The notes below the pieces were generated by a model. The model saw nothing but the letters and a program-made list of their open reading frames with translations, searched no databases and had not been told where the DNA came from. DNA of 64,000 bases from Hydrurus foetidus. Its lineage: Eukaryota. The stretch is from NCBI GenBank assembly GCA_900617105.1, contig UYFQ01000237.1, positions 1 to 64,000 of the forward strand, in the 5' to 3' direction. The position numbers and the translations under genes were made by a program. Below are positions 10,409 through 23,626 of the stretch, in pieces (position 1 is the stretch's first letter; each line of letters starts with the position of its first letter).

Positions 10409-13400
10409 ATGCTCCGAACTGATTTAGGATCAGTCTACTTGTGCTTCGTAATAATCTGCTGTTTTGTTGCTGTAAATGGGGGCTGCCCGATTGGACAGAA
10501 GAATGTGTCGGAGGGAAGCGAAGTGTGTACACCAATAGTAAATAGCGATGTCGCTGCTTCTCTGAATTGGATGGCATCGCCTCCAACAGCAAACTGCAGC
10601 AAAGTGACAACAGTACAAGGCATTGCCGTTTGTGAGGATAATATACCTGAAAAGTGCTTGATATGGAGTGAAATCACAACACAACGGTGTGATGACATCG
10701 GAACTTTGGAGTTTGAAAAATACTGGAGCAAGAGGTGTGACGTAGTGATTTACCACGCAGTATCTCCATCAAAAGGAAATGAATGCAGTCGCGCTCCTGG
10801 CAGTACTTGGCCTGACTTTCCTCGACTATCATTGATTCGCTACGATGTATGGGGTGGAAAATGCTACAATTGTTTTTACAAATATTTGACACTGCCTCCA
10901 GCGGGCAAAATGATTGACGTGCTGAAGATACAGCAGAGAGGAGGCGTTAAAGAGGAATTTGAGGCTGTGCAATACACTGTTCTTTCTGACCTATATCTCC
11001 ATCATCCGGGATTCTCATCGGCAGTTCAACAAGTGGCAGTGCTGACAGCCTATACTCCTGACACTCTAATAGACAGGTAGTTCAAATAATCTCATCTCCT
11101 GGATAACTGACTATTTTGCTCATGTGCACTGGGGCTGTGGATTAGACTATCGATCACATTTGAAGTTGTGCACTATGTTTTGCATCTTGAAGTACTTTTG
11201 TGTGTCCGTTTACTAACTGGTAAAACAAGAAACAGCAGTTAACAGGCAACAGTTGCTTCTCTTGCTCATTTTTTTATTTGGTCTACACGTCAATATTTAA
11301 ACCACTGAGCTGCTTCATAATGACTCATTTTAAAATACCCCCTTACTCACAAGTGTATCCCCTCTTTAACTTGTGTATCACTTCTCAATTACTTGCATAT
11401 TTTCTGTATTCTGTATTCCGTATTCCGTAGTGTCGGAAGAGAAGCAGAACAAGCATGGAACATCTGGGCATGTTCTCAGTTCCTAAAGAATCACGCCTCA
11501 ATATCTACCAGAATTGAGGAAGGTTCTTTTAAGTCCCAGCCTAGACAACACGAGAACATTCTTACAGCTGCAGGAGTTTCTTCTCAAATAGCTTACTACC
11601 ACCACACATTTATGCACCTCTCAGATTTATCTGAAATAGCAGCTAATTCGCTGAAACGTACCAATTGGAGACCAACTGTGACGGAAACTCTCAAAGCGGG
11701 TATGATTATTCTTACCTCACTTTTGTACATCTTACTGTATGGAAGCATGCTAGTGTGTGTGTCAGTGTGTGAATGAGTATGGATGAGTCAATGTGTGTAT
11801 GTGTATGTACAGTTCAGTGCATCTGTGAGTATGTACGTGTTTGATGTGCGTATGAGCATGTCAGTATGAGTGCATAAAAGCACGAGCGTAAATAAGTCCT
11901 TCAGTGTGCGTCAGTGTGTGTCTGTGCATGTATGAGGATGCGTGTGTAAATGCATAACAGACGACCAAACGTGTAGGAGCATATGCATATAAGCATGTCT
12001 GTGTGTTTCGGTGCACAAATGCATACGTACAAACATCCGCAAAATAACTAAAAACTGAAAACATACATACATTTATTCATTCATAAACACGTACGTACGC
12101 ACAGACGTTCCATCATTCTGCGCTGTACCATCAGCAGCCGAAGACATGCAGATGCAAGCCTGGATAGTGCAAGAACTGAGAGTGCGGTGTCACCCCACAC
12201 GGCTGTGGGTGCCGTGTGTGTTTACCCGTAAGTACGACTCCTTTATACCGTGTCCTAAGGAACTCATGGACAAATTGGCGGGAGATTATGCGATGTCTAA
12301 GGGGTGGTGTGACTTTACCAAGGACTCTGCCGCGATACTTCCGTTGGTAAAAGTGGATGCGGGTGCGTACAGAGCGTTTCAACTCAGCAGTGTAGAGCAG
12401 GGCAAAGCTGTGCGCCTCGCCTTTCTCATGACTGTATATGCAGATGCGCCTTTCGTGGAGAGGTTATTCAGTCGCATTTATGCTGCAGATCACTACTACC
12501 TTCTGCATGTCGATCCCTCGGGGGCCAGTGCTGATTTCGTGAAAAGCATGAGAGAATTAGCAGCAAGATATACGAACGTCTTTCTCTCGAACGATATTCC
12601 TGTGGTATACGGTGCATCGACTGCCACTATACTACTCACACGTACTATGGCGTGGTTTCTCAAGTACGCATCTGGTTGGGACTATTTTGTGCCGTTAACT
12701 GGAAGTGATTATCCATTAGTCCCCCTGCACATGTTAGAGAAAATATTGTACACCAAGCAGGTCAGTCCAGAGGGACGTTTTTGTGCCACTTTCTCTTTCC
12801 TGTAGTGCATTACATCACGGGCATCTAAGTATTCTGTTTTGAACTTTATTACCATAATGTTTATCATCATGTTCATTTTTTTAATGCCCCCCCCCTTCTA
12901 TCCGTCACCAACCCGACCCGTCCACGTATCATCAACTTGCTTCTATTACTACTACACTGCCTTGTCTTGCCGTGTTCATCTTGAACTACCTTTTCCATCC
13001 TTTCCTATGCTATCCTCCGTCACTCCCTCTTCTTGCCCTATCCGACTCCTCCACACACCCCTGCACCACTCTACACTATCTTATCTATCACATCTTATTA
13101 GATACCACCACGCACCACCTTGTTCCATCTCATCTCCCTCCACTATCTCATTCCCCTACCATCCTATCCTATGTTATCAAATACCCCCCTCCCCCCCTTC
13201 TCCCTCTCAGCCCCCCATGCCCTTCGTCATGGCGTGGACCCCAGGGACCTCCACCCACATATTCCGGCTAGAGAAAACACATCCGGTGTTTGAAGAGGAC
13301 AGACTCTTGAAGCTATCGATAAGCACACGTACGTACGCACGCTGTCAGTGCAGTCACTGAATCTGTTGTGTTGTTGTGTTGTTGTGTTGTTGTGGTGTAG

Positions 13401-16181
13401 TGTCTTGTTAGTGTTCAGCTTTATTATATCTTTTCAGATCTAAACATACCCTGCTGAACTTAGTCCCACACGCGCAGTACCTTCCTACATTTTTTCATCG
13501 AATTCAATGCACGTAATATTTTAGTGGTATCGCAATTAATAAATACAGAAAAGTGTGATGTATCACTAAATTTGATTCACATTCCTTTTCATTTAAAACT
13601 CTATATCGCCTCATCTCATTTCACCTCATCTCACCTCAACTCATCTCGTCTCACCTCATCTCACCTCACTCACCTCATCTCACCTCACCATCTCAACTCA
13701 TCTCACCTCACGTCACCTCGTCTCATCTCATCTCATCTCACCTCATCCCATCTCACCTCATCTCACCTCATCCCATCTCACCTCACCTCACCTCGTCTCA
13801 TCTCACCTCACCTCACCTCGTCTCATCTCATTTCATCTCACCTCATCTCACCTCACCTCACCTCATCTCACCTTATTTAATTTCCTCTAATTCAACGCAT
13901 TGCAATACTAAAATGTGTTAGTGCAAAAAGAAAGAGGTCGTATATTAGGTGCTGTGCCTATGGAATATAGATCGAACAACTTTGGACCCCCTCTATTCTG
14001 TTCGGGCCAAAATTCATTTTATCACCTGGACAATCGAGTCAACAAGTCAAGTGAGTAGAGTTGTGCATCGTGATCTATACGGTGTTCCGACTGTATTTCA
14101 CTTGTCAAGCGACATTCATCTGTGTGATAGAATGTGACGATTAAACAATTGATGACAACTATATCGTAACAAAACTGCCAAACATAGACCTCGACAGAAT
14201 TAATTGAAAATTTTACATAATTTATTTACCATCGAACACTTCTACCATTCAATGTAAATATTTCATCGCACTGTTGAATTGCGGCCTTATCCATCGGCAT
14301 CTATTCCAATACCATTTCACCTTCAAAATAGTCTTATCGCAATGATAATAAATGTGTATTTATTTCACGCCTTTAGATACCATATACGACACCCAGTGGC
14401 TATTCCCTCGAGACAAAATTAGGGGTCGGGGTCGGGCCTATACTGACGAAGACCCCTTGGGGTCGACACCTTCTTTCGATGGCGTGCACAGGGTGTGGAA
14501 GAAATCGGATCCAGCCACAACAGGTGATTAAATGTGTAGTGCAGTGCAGAGTACAGTGTAGTGTAGTGTAGTATAGTGCAGTGTAGTGTTGTGCAGAGTA
14601 TTGTGAGATGGTGCAATGCAGGGTAGTGTAATGTAATGTAGTGCAGTGCAGTGTAGTGTAGTGTAGTGCAGTGTAGTTTGATTATTGAGTATATTGAGGT
14701 ATATTGTAATGCAATCCTCTAGAAAGTTGTGATATCATCATATAAATCCCTACGTCCTGTAGGTCAGGTGTCTGTGTCTCATTATGCCGAATTCTATACG
14801 GTGTCCGCAGTCTGATCAATCCAATCCTTGCAACCCACACCTCAACTTGTATCATATCCATTACATCGTATCCCTCGTATCGCATTCTTATCCTACCCAT
14901 CAGTACCAACGACTTCTCATCTCTCTTCCCTGCTATTTCATCGACTGCTATCTCATTTGATATTTGCATCACCCATGCAACTCATCTACACCTATTAATC
15001 CACCTCTTCCTCCTTATACACCCAATAGGCGCATTCGACAGAGAGAGTGTGGAGTACATAGTTAACAGCCAAGAAGGAAGGAAATACTGGCATTTCTTTC
15101 AGCACATGTTGCTAGGCTCTGAAGAGCACTACTATGTGTCTCTGCTGTATAACTGGCCCAGGACAAGAGCGTTTATCCAGTCCATCAGTTCCCAGAGTGT
15201 GTGGAACACTTGGGTATTGGGTGAGTTATTTTCTGATGTGATCTGATCTGATGTGATTTGATGTGATGTGATCTGATGTGATTTGATCTGATCTGATCTG
15301 ATTTGATGTGAGCTGATGTTATGTGATGTTATGTGATCTGATGTGATCTGATGTGATGTGATGTGATCTCTAATGGTACATCGTGTAATACTTCACACAC
15401 CTCACATACTGTACTATACTGGTCTATTTTCTGGATCATACCATGCAACACAATACTATACCATGCAAAACATCACTGCACTAAACAATTATATCTCCCT
15501 ATCTCTATATCTACCTACTTATTTCCTATATTTTATTAAACTTATGTTCATCTGTGTGGTGTCTGTCTGTCCGTCACAGGTCTGTGGGAGACTTCTAACG
15601 GAGGATTCCAAACACATACGCACTTCCTCTCCCCAGCCGAATGGGATATTCTGAAAGGATTCTCAAAGCGAGGAATGTTCTTTGCGAGAAAATTCAGCTC
15701 AAAAAAGACACCAGAAATTTTGAATTTAATAGATGAGTACATGTTGTTGAATAAAACATCAGAAGCCGGACAATATTGGCCGGGCTTCTTTGATGTAGAT
15801 ACGACTACTCCCGGTAAACAGTGGATGCAAGCCCACCGAGAGAAGAAGAGAAAGGAGTATGATCTATGGAGGAGCGAGAAGAGGAAAGGCATGAGTGTTG
15901 CTGGGGGGATAGTGCTGTCTATCACGTCATACGTCACATCGATGACATCATCATCATCATCCTCATCATCATCATCATCATCCTCTCAGGTGACTGACAG
16001 TGCATTAGTGTCGAGTGACACCTCCACTGCTCTTACTCCGTATACTTCAACTTCAACTTCAAATACGAATGACAAAGACGAAGAGAATGTCTTTAAGGGT
16101 GTGGGTCTCTCCGGAAGGAGGGAGAAGAAAGGAAGAAAGGGCAAAAGGCAATCCATCTCAAACTCCTTCGGTGCCATATAG
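10409..16181 (+). CDS. secreted/Golgi protein: N-terminal methyltransferase-like domain fused to a GT14 (core-2/I-branching/xylosyltransferase family) glycosyltransferase; 8 exons
   Basis: Signal peptide (VYLCFVIICCFVAVNG). GT14 motifs RLAFLMTVY, YYLLHVD, WDYFVPLTGSDYPL, SEEHYY, FFARKF. Exons ~10409-11076, 11431-11699, 12105-12760, 13211-13328, 13922-14050, 14377-14523, 15029-15220, 15580-16181, with GT-AG introns whose phases match where checked. Confidence 0.85.
13608..13875 (+). repeat. intronic pentamer microsatellite (CTCAT/CTCAC)n
   Basis: Directly visible, in the 3' half of intron 13329-13921. Confidence 0.9.
14533..14678 (+). repeat. intronic pentamer microsatellite (GTGTA/GTGCA)n
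   Basis: Directly visible, starting about 10 nt after the donor at ~14524. Confidence 0.9.
15233..15370 (+). repeat. intronic pentamer microsatellite (TGATC/TGATG)n
   Basis: Directly visible, just after the donor at ~15221. Confidence 0.9.
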
Positions 16182-17023
16182 CAAAATCTGATCTGAATGG
16201 CGACTAATTCAGAACACCAGTACAGAACACCAATACAGATTACAGAAATCGTCTGAATTTGAGGCTAAGATACCTCTCCATCTATCTATGTTATCTCTGC
16301 TGCATCACTCGAATGCATCCTCCATCCTCCATCCTCCTCCTACCCCTCCCTCCGCACACGCACACACATACACGCACTCTCGCACGTACGAGATGTACTC
16401 TTATTTATTTAGTTATGAGTGGTCGATTAATTCCAATCCACTCACCCCTCATTCCGTTTTACGAGCTTTACAAAACGCATATCATTTCTTTTGTTCTTTT
16501 GTACAGTATAATAAAGTTAACATTTACCGTGGCCGTTGTAACGTTTCACAGTGAAATACCCATTGTCGAAGTCACGATTAAACAGGGATTCATAATATCG
16601 TACCCGTAGTTGACTGCTGCTAGCAACGTGCGTCACTCTATATTCGTCAAATACGGTTCAAGAAAATCCCCAAACTACTGCTTTGCTTTGCCCCAACAAT
16701 ACTGAGTAGTCAACTTTCTTTCCAACGATTTCAAGATGAAATCTTCTCTCACAGTGAGTCTTCGATGGGAAGCTGTCAGATAGTAGACACAACTTCTGAG
16801 CATGACTTCGGAATGGAGCCGATTGCAGAAATGAAAAGCGATGAAATGAAGCGCACAAGGGTTCTTAATATTCCAAAAGTGAAAGGGAAATAAATATAAA
16901 ACGATCAGAATGCCAATCGAGATAAAAGAGATTTTCGCATTGGTTTGAATCGACAGTGTCGCAGGTTGCAGTGGTATTGCACTGTTGCATGGCAGGTAGC
17001 TACACCGACAGAAGATTTGAAAG

Positions 17024-18977
17024 TCAGAGTGTGAGATCTGTTATGCCGTTAGGAGCATCATCGAGTAACACAAACACTTGCTGGGAAGAAGAAACTTTCT
17101 GTGCATTTAAATTCGATTTTTTCTTTGACGTTCCGACACTTTTCCGTGATTTAGAATTTTTCGTTTTTTTCGTTTTTTCACTTTCTTGATCACTAGATTC
17201 ATCGTGCCCTTCATCTCCACTGTCAACAATGAAGCCACCATCATCCCGAGAGCAACTTTTTCTACTTTTCTTCTTCGCTGGAGTTTCTTCATGCGATTGG
17301 GACCATTCTACTTCTTCACTGCTGTCATAATCTTGATAGCTCTGATTTGGTTTCTTCCTCATACCTCTTTCCCTGCTACCCCCTTCACACGGCACAGGGT
17401 AGCCAGTGACACCTCGATATGGTGTGTGGCAGTCTGGCTGAGCGCTATTGTTGTTGTTACGACCTCTTTTACTGCTGCTACTGCTGCTTGAGCTGCTGCT
17501 GCTTGTACGGCTGTTGTGAACACTAACAACATTGTCGATGATCTCTATATCATCGTCACTCCCAGATGCATTATCCCCCTTCCTATCCCCCTCCCCATTC
17601 TCCCTCCCATTTCCCCTCTGATTATGATACCCACTGTCACGCTTATCTCTGTCTCTGCTATCACTGCCAAGTGACGACTGGATACGTACCTCATCCAAAT
17701 ACAGAACATTCTTCTTTGAGTTCGAAAGAACTGCAACTCCCAAAGAAATTTCTTCCTCCTCACTGATGTCATTCATATCGCACTCAGTATTGACATTGTC
17801 AGGGTAAAGGTAGTCTGGATACTCTATGACGTCCTCACCCATATCGTATTCCACTAACTGAGTTTCTTCATCTTGCATGACATCACGAAGAGTAGTAGCA
17901 TCTTTTGTTTCTGATAGAGTGGTGTTAGAAATTTCACGTGACACACCTTCATCTTCGCTATCGAGAGTTATCACCGCATCTGGATCAGACACACATTGGC
18001 TGTTCCTGCCATTGGCTGAATTAGATTTGTTTCCTGATGCCTTGTAGTTACTGACTTCCCTTTCTTCTCTCTCTGTGTCACTGTGTTCTGCTGTGCATTG
18101 GTCGAGTATTAACATATTCTTGCTGGGGTTGCCGCCTTTCTCTCTCTGACGATTGGTGCTATCTGTATCAGTATTTTTCTTCGATCCTGATGAATATCCC
18201 ATTATGCTATATATTCCATCTCCTACTACTTTTAGAAGTGATGACGCATTATAGCTCATGCCAGAACTGCTGGTTGCAGTGACAGAATTCCGTTGCTGGC
18301 TATGATCTACTGAGAAACTCTGATCGAAATCCTCAATTGACATTATTTTGTCCGATGTGAGGGAGGATGACAGAGGCGAAGGCTTCAAAGCAACCACATA
18401 TTTCTCCTTCTCCACGTAAAACTCTTTATATATAGCTCCGAACTGCAGTGGCATTGGTGGTAGCAAAAATCGATCAAAACATGTGCGAAAATGAGTACAC
18501 ACAAAAAAGCAGACTGACTATTACCTGGCTCCCTTCATTCTCCAATTCTGTGGCAAATTCACTGATTTCCTCGTAAAATTTGTCGAGCACATCGTAATGT
18601 AATTCAACCTTATCGACAAACTCCTTGAGCCAGATGGATCTTTTCTGAAGTAAAACAGCGGCTCTCATTTCTATTTCCTCAAGTGCAGTATTATGCTTGA
18701 GAACGTCGTTTACGGGCTCATCAATGCTAACTCTGTCGAAGGATGATTCAATCTCCAGGTGTCTGGATTCCTTCTCCTTCATTACCCATTTGCAACCACT
18801 GTCATTTATCAGCATCAGGTTGTTCATTTCGAATATGAAATGCGATATCTTCGATAACCTATGACCAAATTGTCTTTGCATCATGTCGAATATTTCGGAC
18901 AGTTTTCTACTGTCAGCTATGAAAGTTCCGTAGTCGATATTACCATCAGAATCGACCACTTCGTCGCGAGTCTCCAT
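17024..18977 (-). CDS. hypothetical protein with helical N-terminus and long disordered acidic/basic C-terminus; 2 exons
   Basis: Exons 18977-18525 and 18442-17024 join in phase 0 across a GT-AG intron. Has KKKSRK/KKK NLS-like tracts. No family recognised. Confidence 0.7.
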
Positions 18978-19353
18978 GCTTCTCATGCAGATAGAAATCA
19001 CTGATGAGAATGGGAGCAGCCTGGCAATCAATGAGATACTCACATGGAGCATTTGAGATGTGAGATGATGCGATGTGACGTTGGAAGGAAAGCGAGATCA
19101 AAATGAAATGGAACGTACTGTGAATTGTGTTACAGTCTGTACACTTTTCGGTGTCCAGAGTCCGTATAGATTTCCCAACAAGTTGTTGTCGTTTCACATT
19201 CAACATTCAACAGTGTGACATTTGACATTATTTGACGCTTGTGCCTATCGATCATCGCTAGAGAAACCTCAGAAAGACCAGTGTCACATCAATTTTCAGC
19301 CACATGGAATCGTGATCGGCATTCAGCATTTTTGAAATCGCCTTTCGCGAAGG

Positions 19354-20272
19354 ATGTTCCGCAATACTTATCAATCTGGATTTTTATCAATCCTTTATTC
19401 AATCGGGTACGACAGACTGAAAACTGATGATTATTTTTACACTTCAATTGCTCCTAATGACATCTCTTGTAATTGTAGGAGCAAACCCTTACAAATATGG
19501 GACAAGAAAGGTAATCAAAACTTTGGCACCATGAATGCCAACTGAAGTGACTAATTTTCGCTACTTATACCGCCAGTTCGAAACGGGCACATCAAAAGGA
19601 TCACCGACCCAGACATTCAGTCGTCGGTTTTGGAGATCATGGGAACTAATGTCAGCACCACCTTCATCCAGTGCCCAGCAGATCCGAAGAAAACGCTTGC
19701 TATTAAACTTCCATTTCTCGTCATGATTATCAAAAATGTGAGAAATTGAAAGCTCTTGTCGCAATTATATTGATCGACCACTCACTGCTCTTCGCATAAT
19801 TTGATCGACCTAAAACTTTACACGCTTGCAACGTCAGCTGAGGAAATATTTCACCTTCGAAGTCATGGTTTTGGATGATAAAAACGTCAGGAGGAGATTT
19901 CGAGCGTCAAATTATCAGGTTTGACAAGAAGATGCAATCTTTTACAACTTCCACTTGAGCTCAATTCATTAATTTATTTTTCGTTTACAGTCCACAACAA
20001 GAGTGAAGCCCTTCATCTGCACGATGCCTATGAGGCTAGACGAAGGATGGAATCAAATTCAGTTCAACTTATCCGACTTCACTCGTAGAGCGTACGGGAC
20101 AAACTATATCGAGACCCTTCGAGTACAGATCCATGCAAATTGTCGCATCAGGCGCATTTATTTCTCAGACAGATTGTACTCCGAGGACGAGCTGCCCCCA
20201 GAATTCAAACTCTTCCTTCCGATCACACAGCAGAACAATGTTGGGGCGCAAAACGTCACTCAACAAGGCTAG
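19354..20272 (+). CDS. CFAP20: cilia- and flagella-associated protein 20 (BUG22); 5 exons
   Basis: Spliced translation [39 protein letters not shown]...[23 protein letters not shown]...[23 protein letters not shown]. Confidence 0.97.
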
Positions 20273-21052
20273 CTGCAGTAGAGGAAATGAATCATCTGTA
20301 TCACTGCAGCTGTCAATGCCGCAATGCTCACCAGACTTGACATCAAATCGACGAGGCAAACATTCTCTTTAACATCGATTGGAGTGTGTGCTCTGCACTT
20401 ATTCAAAATCCTCCTGAAGTCTTGAAACGTCAAAATGAAACGATGTCGAGAGATTGCATTACTTCTGACTAGCTGAATCTGTTATGCGTATGGAGGGAAA
20501 TCATTCAATCAAATTATAGACTGCATGCACAGTGCTAGTACGCCTCCATGTCATGTAACATCCGCTTAACTTATCAACGGTAAGAAGCTCGATTTTGTTT
20601 TGGAATAACTCCAATTGAAACACTTAGACAGCTCAGTATTCGTCAAACTATTTTTCCTGTTCAATAGTGACGCCCACAAAAATCAGTCAAGAGACGCTGC
20701 ATGATCTGATATCGTTGTGTCGTCAAAGGCTGGATGTCTTCAAACGTCACACATTAAATTTTGAATACAGCCTGTGTAGCCCAAGGGGTTTGGCATCCTG
20801 TAAGAGAACCACTGCAACGTGAATTGAAAACAGATTAATGCAATGCGGGAATTGATTATGAAGTAGAAAGTAGGTAGGCGATAAAAGGATGAGTGGGTTG
20901 GTGGAAACAATTAATCGCGCACTATAATTTTGCTGCCATCGTTGGTTGCTATGCATGTGAGGAGTCACACTACAACTTCCTCTTCATATTGATTGACTTG
21001 GAAACAATTTGAAGGCTCGTGGTCGCATCATCTATCACTGGAGTTGAAAGCT

Positions 21053-23006
21053 ATGTCATCTTTAGCTGAGGAAAGAAATGAGGATAATGGTAGCGATGAA
21101 GACGTCAGGAAGGTTGGGGATGACAAATTGAACGGCGGAAGTTTTTCATTGGAAGAAGTGAAGCAATCTCCCGACTACGAGCGAAAGTTTGCTGATGCAA
21201 TCACAAAGAAAAGAAAATGGGCATTGAATTTCGGCTACTTAGGGTCTAGATACCAAGGTCTTCAAATGAATCCACAGGCAAACACAGTAGAGAAGCATCT
21301 TGAACGGGCGTTATTCCTAGCAGGAAGTATCTCTGAACACAATTTCGGTGATTTGCATAAGGTACAATGGACGAGAACGGCTAGAACTGACAGGGGGGTG
21401 CATGCTGTGATGCAGTGCTGTGCAATGAAACTTATGATTCCTCTGGACGGCAGAGACCTCTTCACAAAGAATGCAAATAGCTTCTTGCCACCTGATATCA
21501 AAATCCATTCTGTGACCAAAGTTACGAAGGGCTTCAACAGCAAGCTTCAATGCACCAAACGGAGATATCACTACATCCTTCCAACGTATATACTGCAAGC
21601 CAAATCTGCGATCATCGATGAACTTAACGCTGCAATGACGGTTCAGGGCAAAGTTATAGACGCTGGTATAGCTGGGGGATATGCTGATCCTGGTTCGGAC
21701 AGATTTCTAGGACAGGAGGCGCTTATACAGACTAGGGCGAAATTCCAGTCGTATCGGTTAGAATCAGCTCGTCTCGATACTTTTAGAGAGGCACTCAAAT
21801 GCTACGAAGGCACCAAGAAGTATCACAACTTCACCACTGGCAAGCATCCATCCGATCCTAGCTCGACTAGATACATCCTGTCTTTCGCCTGTGGGGAGCC
21901 ATTCATCGATCCTGCATCGGGCACTGAGTGGATCTCACTATCAGTAGTTGGACAGAGCTTCCTGCTGAATCAAATACGTAAGATGATAGGACTAGCTTGC
22001 GAGGTGGCTTCTGGTCATGCACCACTAAGTACCATGACAGATGCCGTGTCAGACAAAAAGGTATAACATTACGCCTTCGTAGTTCCTATATTCTATTTGT
22101 GTTCTGATGTTTTTGATGAAGCTGTAGCATCTGTGATGACGCATGCAGGTGGAGATACCGACGGCGCCTGGACTTGGTCTGTATCTAGACGAAGTGTTCT
22201 TCGAGAATTACAACAAATGCCAGGCCAAGCAGGCAGCAGAACACGGCAATAAATATCCAACTCACAGTGCTGTCAAAACGCCAGATGACGGGAAAGCTGG
22301 AGAGGAAAACGACAACGAACCGGTGAGAACTATCTTGATTTCATGAATAAACTTACACAGTATCGGTGACTGAAGCACTCAGCAATATGGCACGGAAAAA
22401 TGGAATTTCATCCACTTATATCATTACAAATGGATTTTCATTCTCAGAGTTTGGCGGAGTCCATATCATGGTCTGCGGACCCTGCAGTGAGCGGAACGAT
22501 GACGTCATTCAGAGAACAAGTAGTGTGGCCGCACATTTTGCAGGAGGTACAGTCACTTCCCAACTTCAACTTGACCAGCTATATCAAGAATCAATTGCAT
22601 GCATTAAAAACATGAACATCAGAAATGCCCATAATATCTTATCTTTTGTTAGGATGCGACTACACTGGAATTCATGTACTACGTGGACTCCCTAAGAGTG
22701 CATCCACGCCGATACAATACATCTGACTTTGGTGCTAGCAAACAAGCGAAGAAAGACACGAATAACAGGCAAAGCGGTGGGAGAGGAGGAGGTGGTGGTG
22801 GTAGAGGGAAGGGGGGAGAGGGTCGACAGGATCGAAAGTCTGACAAGTTCAAAAGGCAGAAGACCGAACATGGGCTCAGCAAGGAAGGGGTTGTTCCGAC
22901 CACTACTCCTTCTGTTCCTGTCGAGACTTCTGCTGTGAGTTCGTCAGAAATTTCTGTTCAGAATTCGATTCAGAATTCCACAGGCCCTTCTGTCGAGGCA
23001 CCATAA
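21053..23006 (+). CDS. PUS1: tRNA pseudouridine synthase, TruA/PUS1 family; 4 exons
   Basis: KRKWALNFGYLGSRYQGLQ, catalytic ARTDRGVHA, YEGTKKYHNFT, GQSFLLNQIRKMIG, IPTAPGLGLYL. Confidence 0.92.
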
Positions 23007-23626
23007 TGTAACGTCACTTGTTCTTTTCGCCAGCATATCGTATGCAGTATGTACAAATGTTTGCAGCTTCTATACTGCTCAGAAAGTGCTTTTCAGATGT
23101 CGACTTGTTGACGTGACGTATGTTTGATCCACACACCACTCACATGATTGCCGCAGCAGCAGCTTATGCCCAGCATCAGCAGTAAATCAGCATTGCCATG
23201 ACGTAGCACAGCAGAAAGGCATGCACTGCGGTGTCGTCACAACCTACCATGAATGGAGTATGAAACATTGACGACCATAGCGCACTTAAGGATTATTTGC
23301 CATCTTACAGAGCGGAGAGAGACGGAGACTTCTTGACATTCATAAACTATTCTTATTGCTGTTTTACATTAGAGAGAACATGAAAATAGGCATCATATCG
23401 CCACTTTTTCTTGAGGGAATGCACTGGATCGAATCTCTTTCTTATCTGTCACGTGATGTATTTGATTCCTGAGTTAAAAGCCAAAACCAACTTCCCTCAT
23501 CTCCTCTCATCTCATTTAATCTCGTCCCAAATGAGCTATGTACAAAGGGCTTTATAAACAGTGAATACATCGCAATCAGTCATGGCAGATCAGTCTATGG
23601 TCCTCTTGTTCGCTTTTGGATGAGCT

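Noticed and set aside
13524..13880. ORF of SSHLT repeats
   Set aside because: It is a translation of the intronic pentamer microsatellite inside the GT14 gene.
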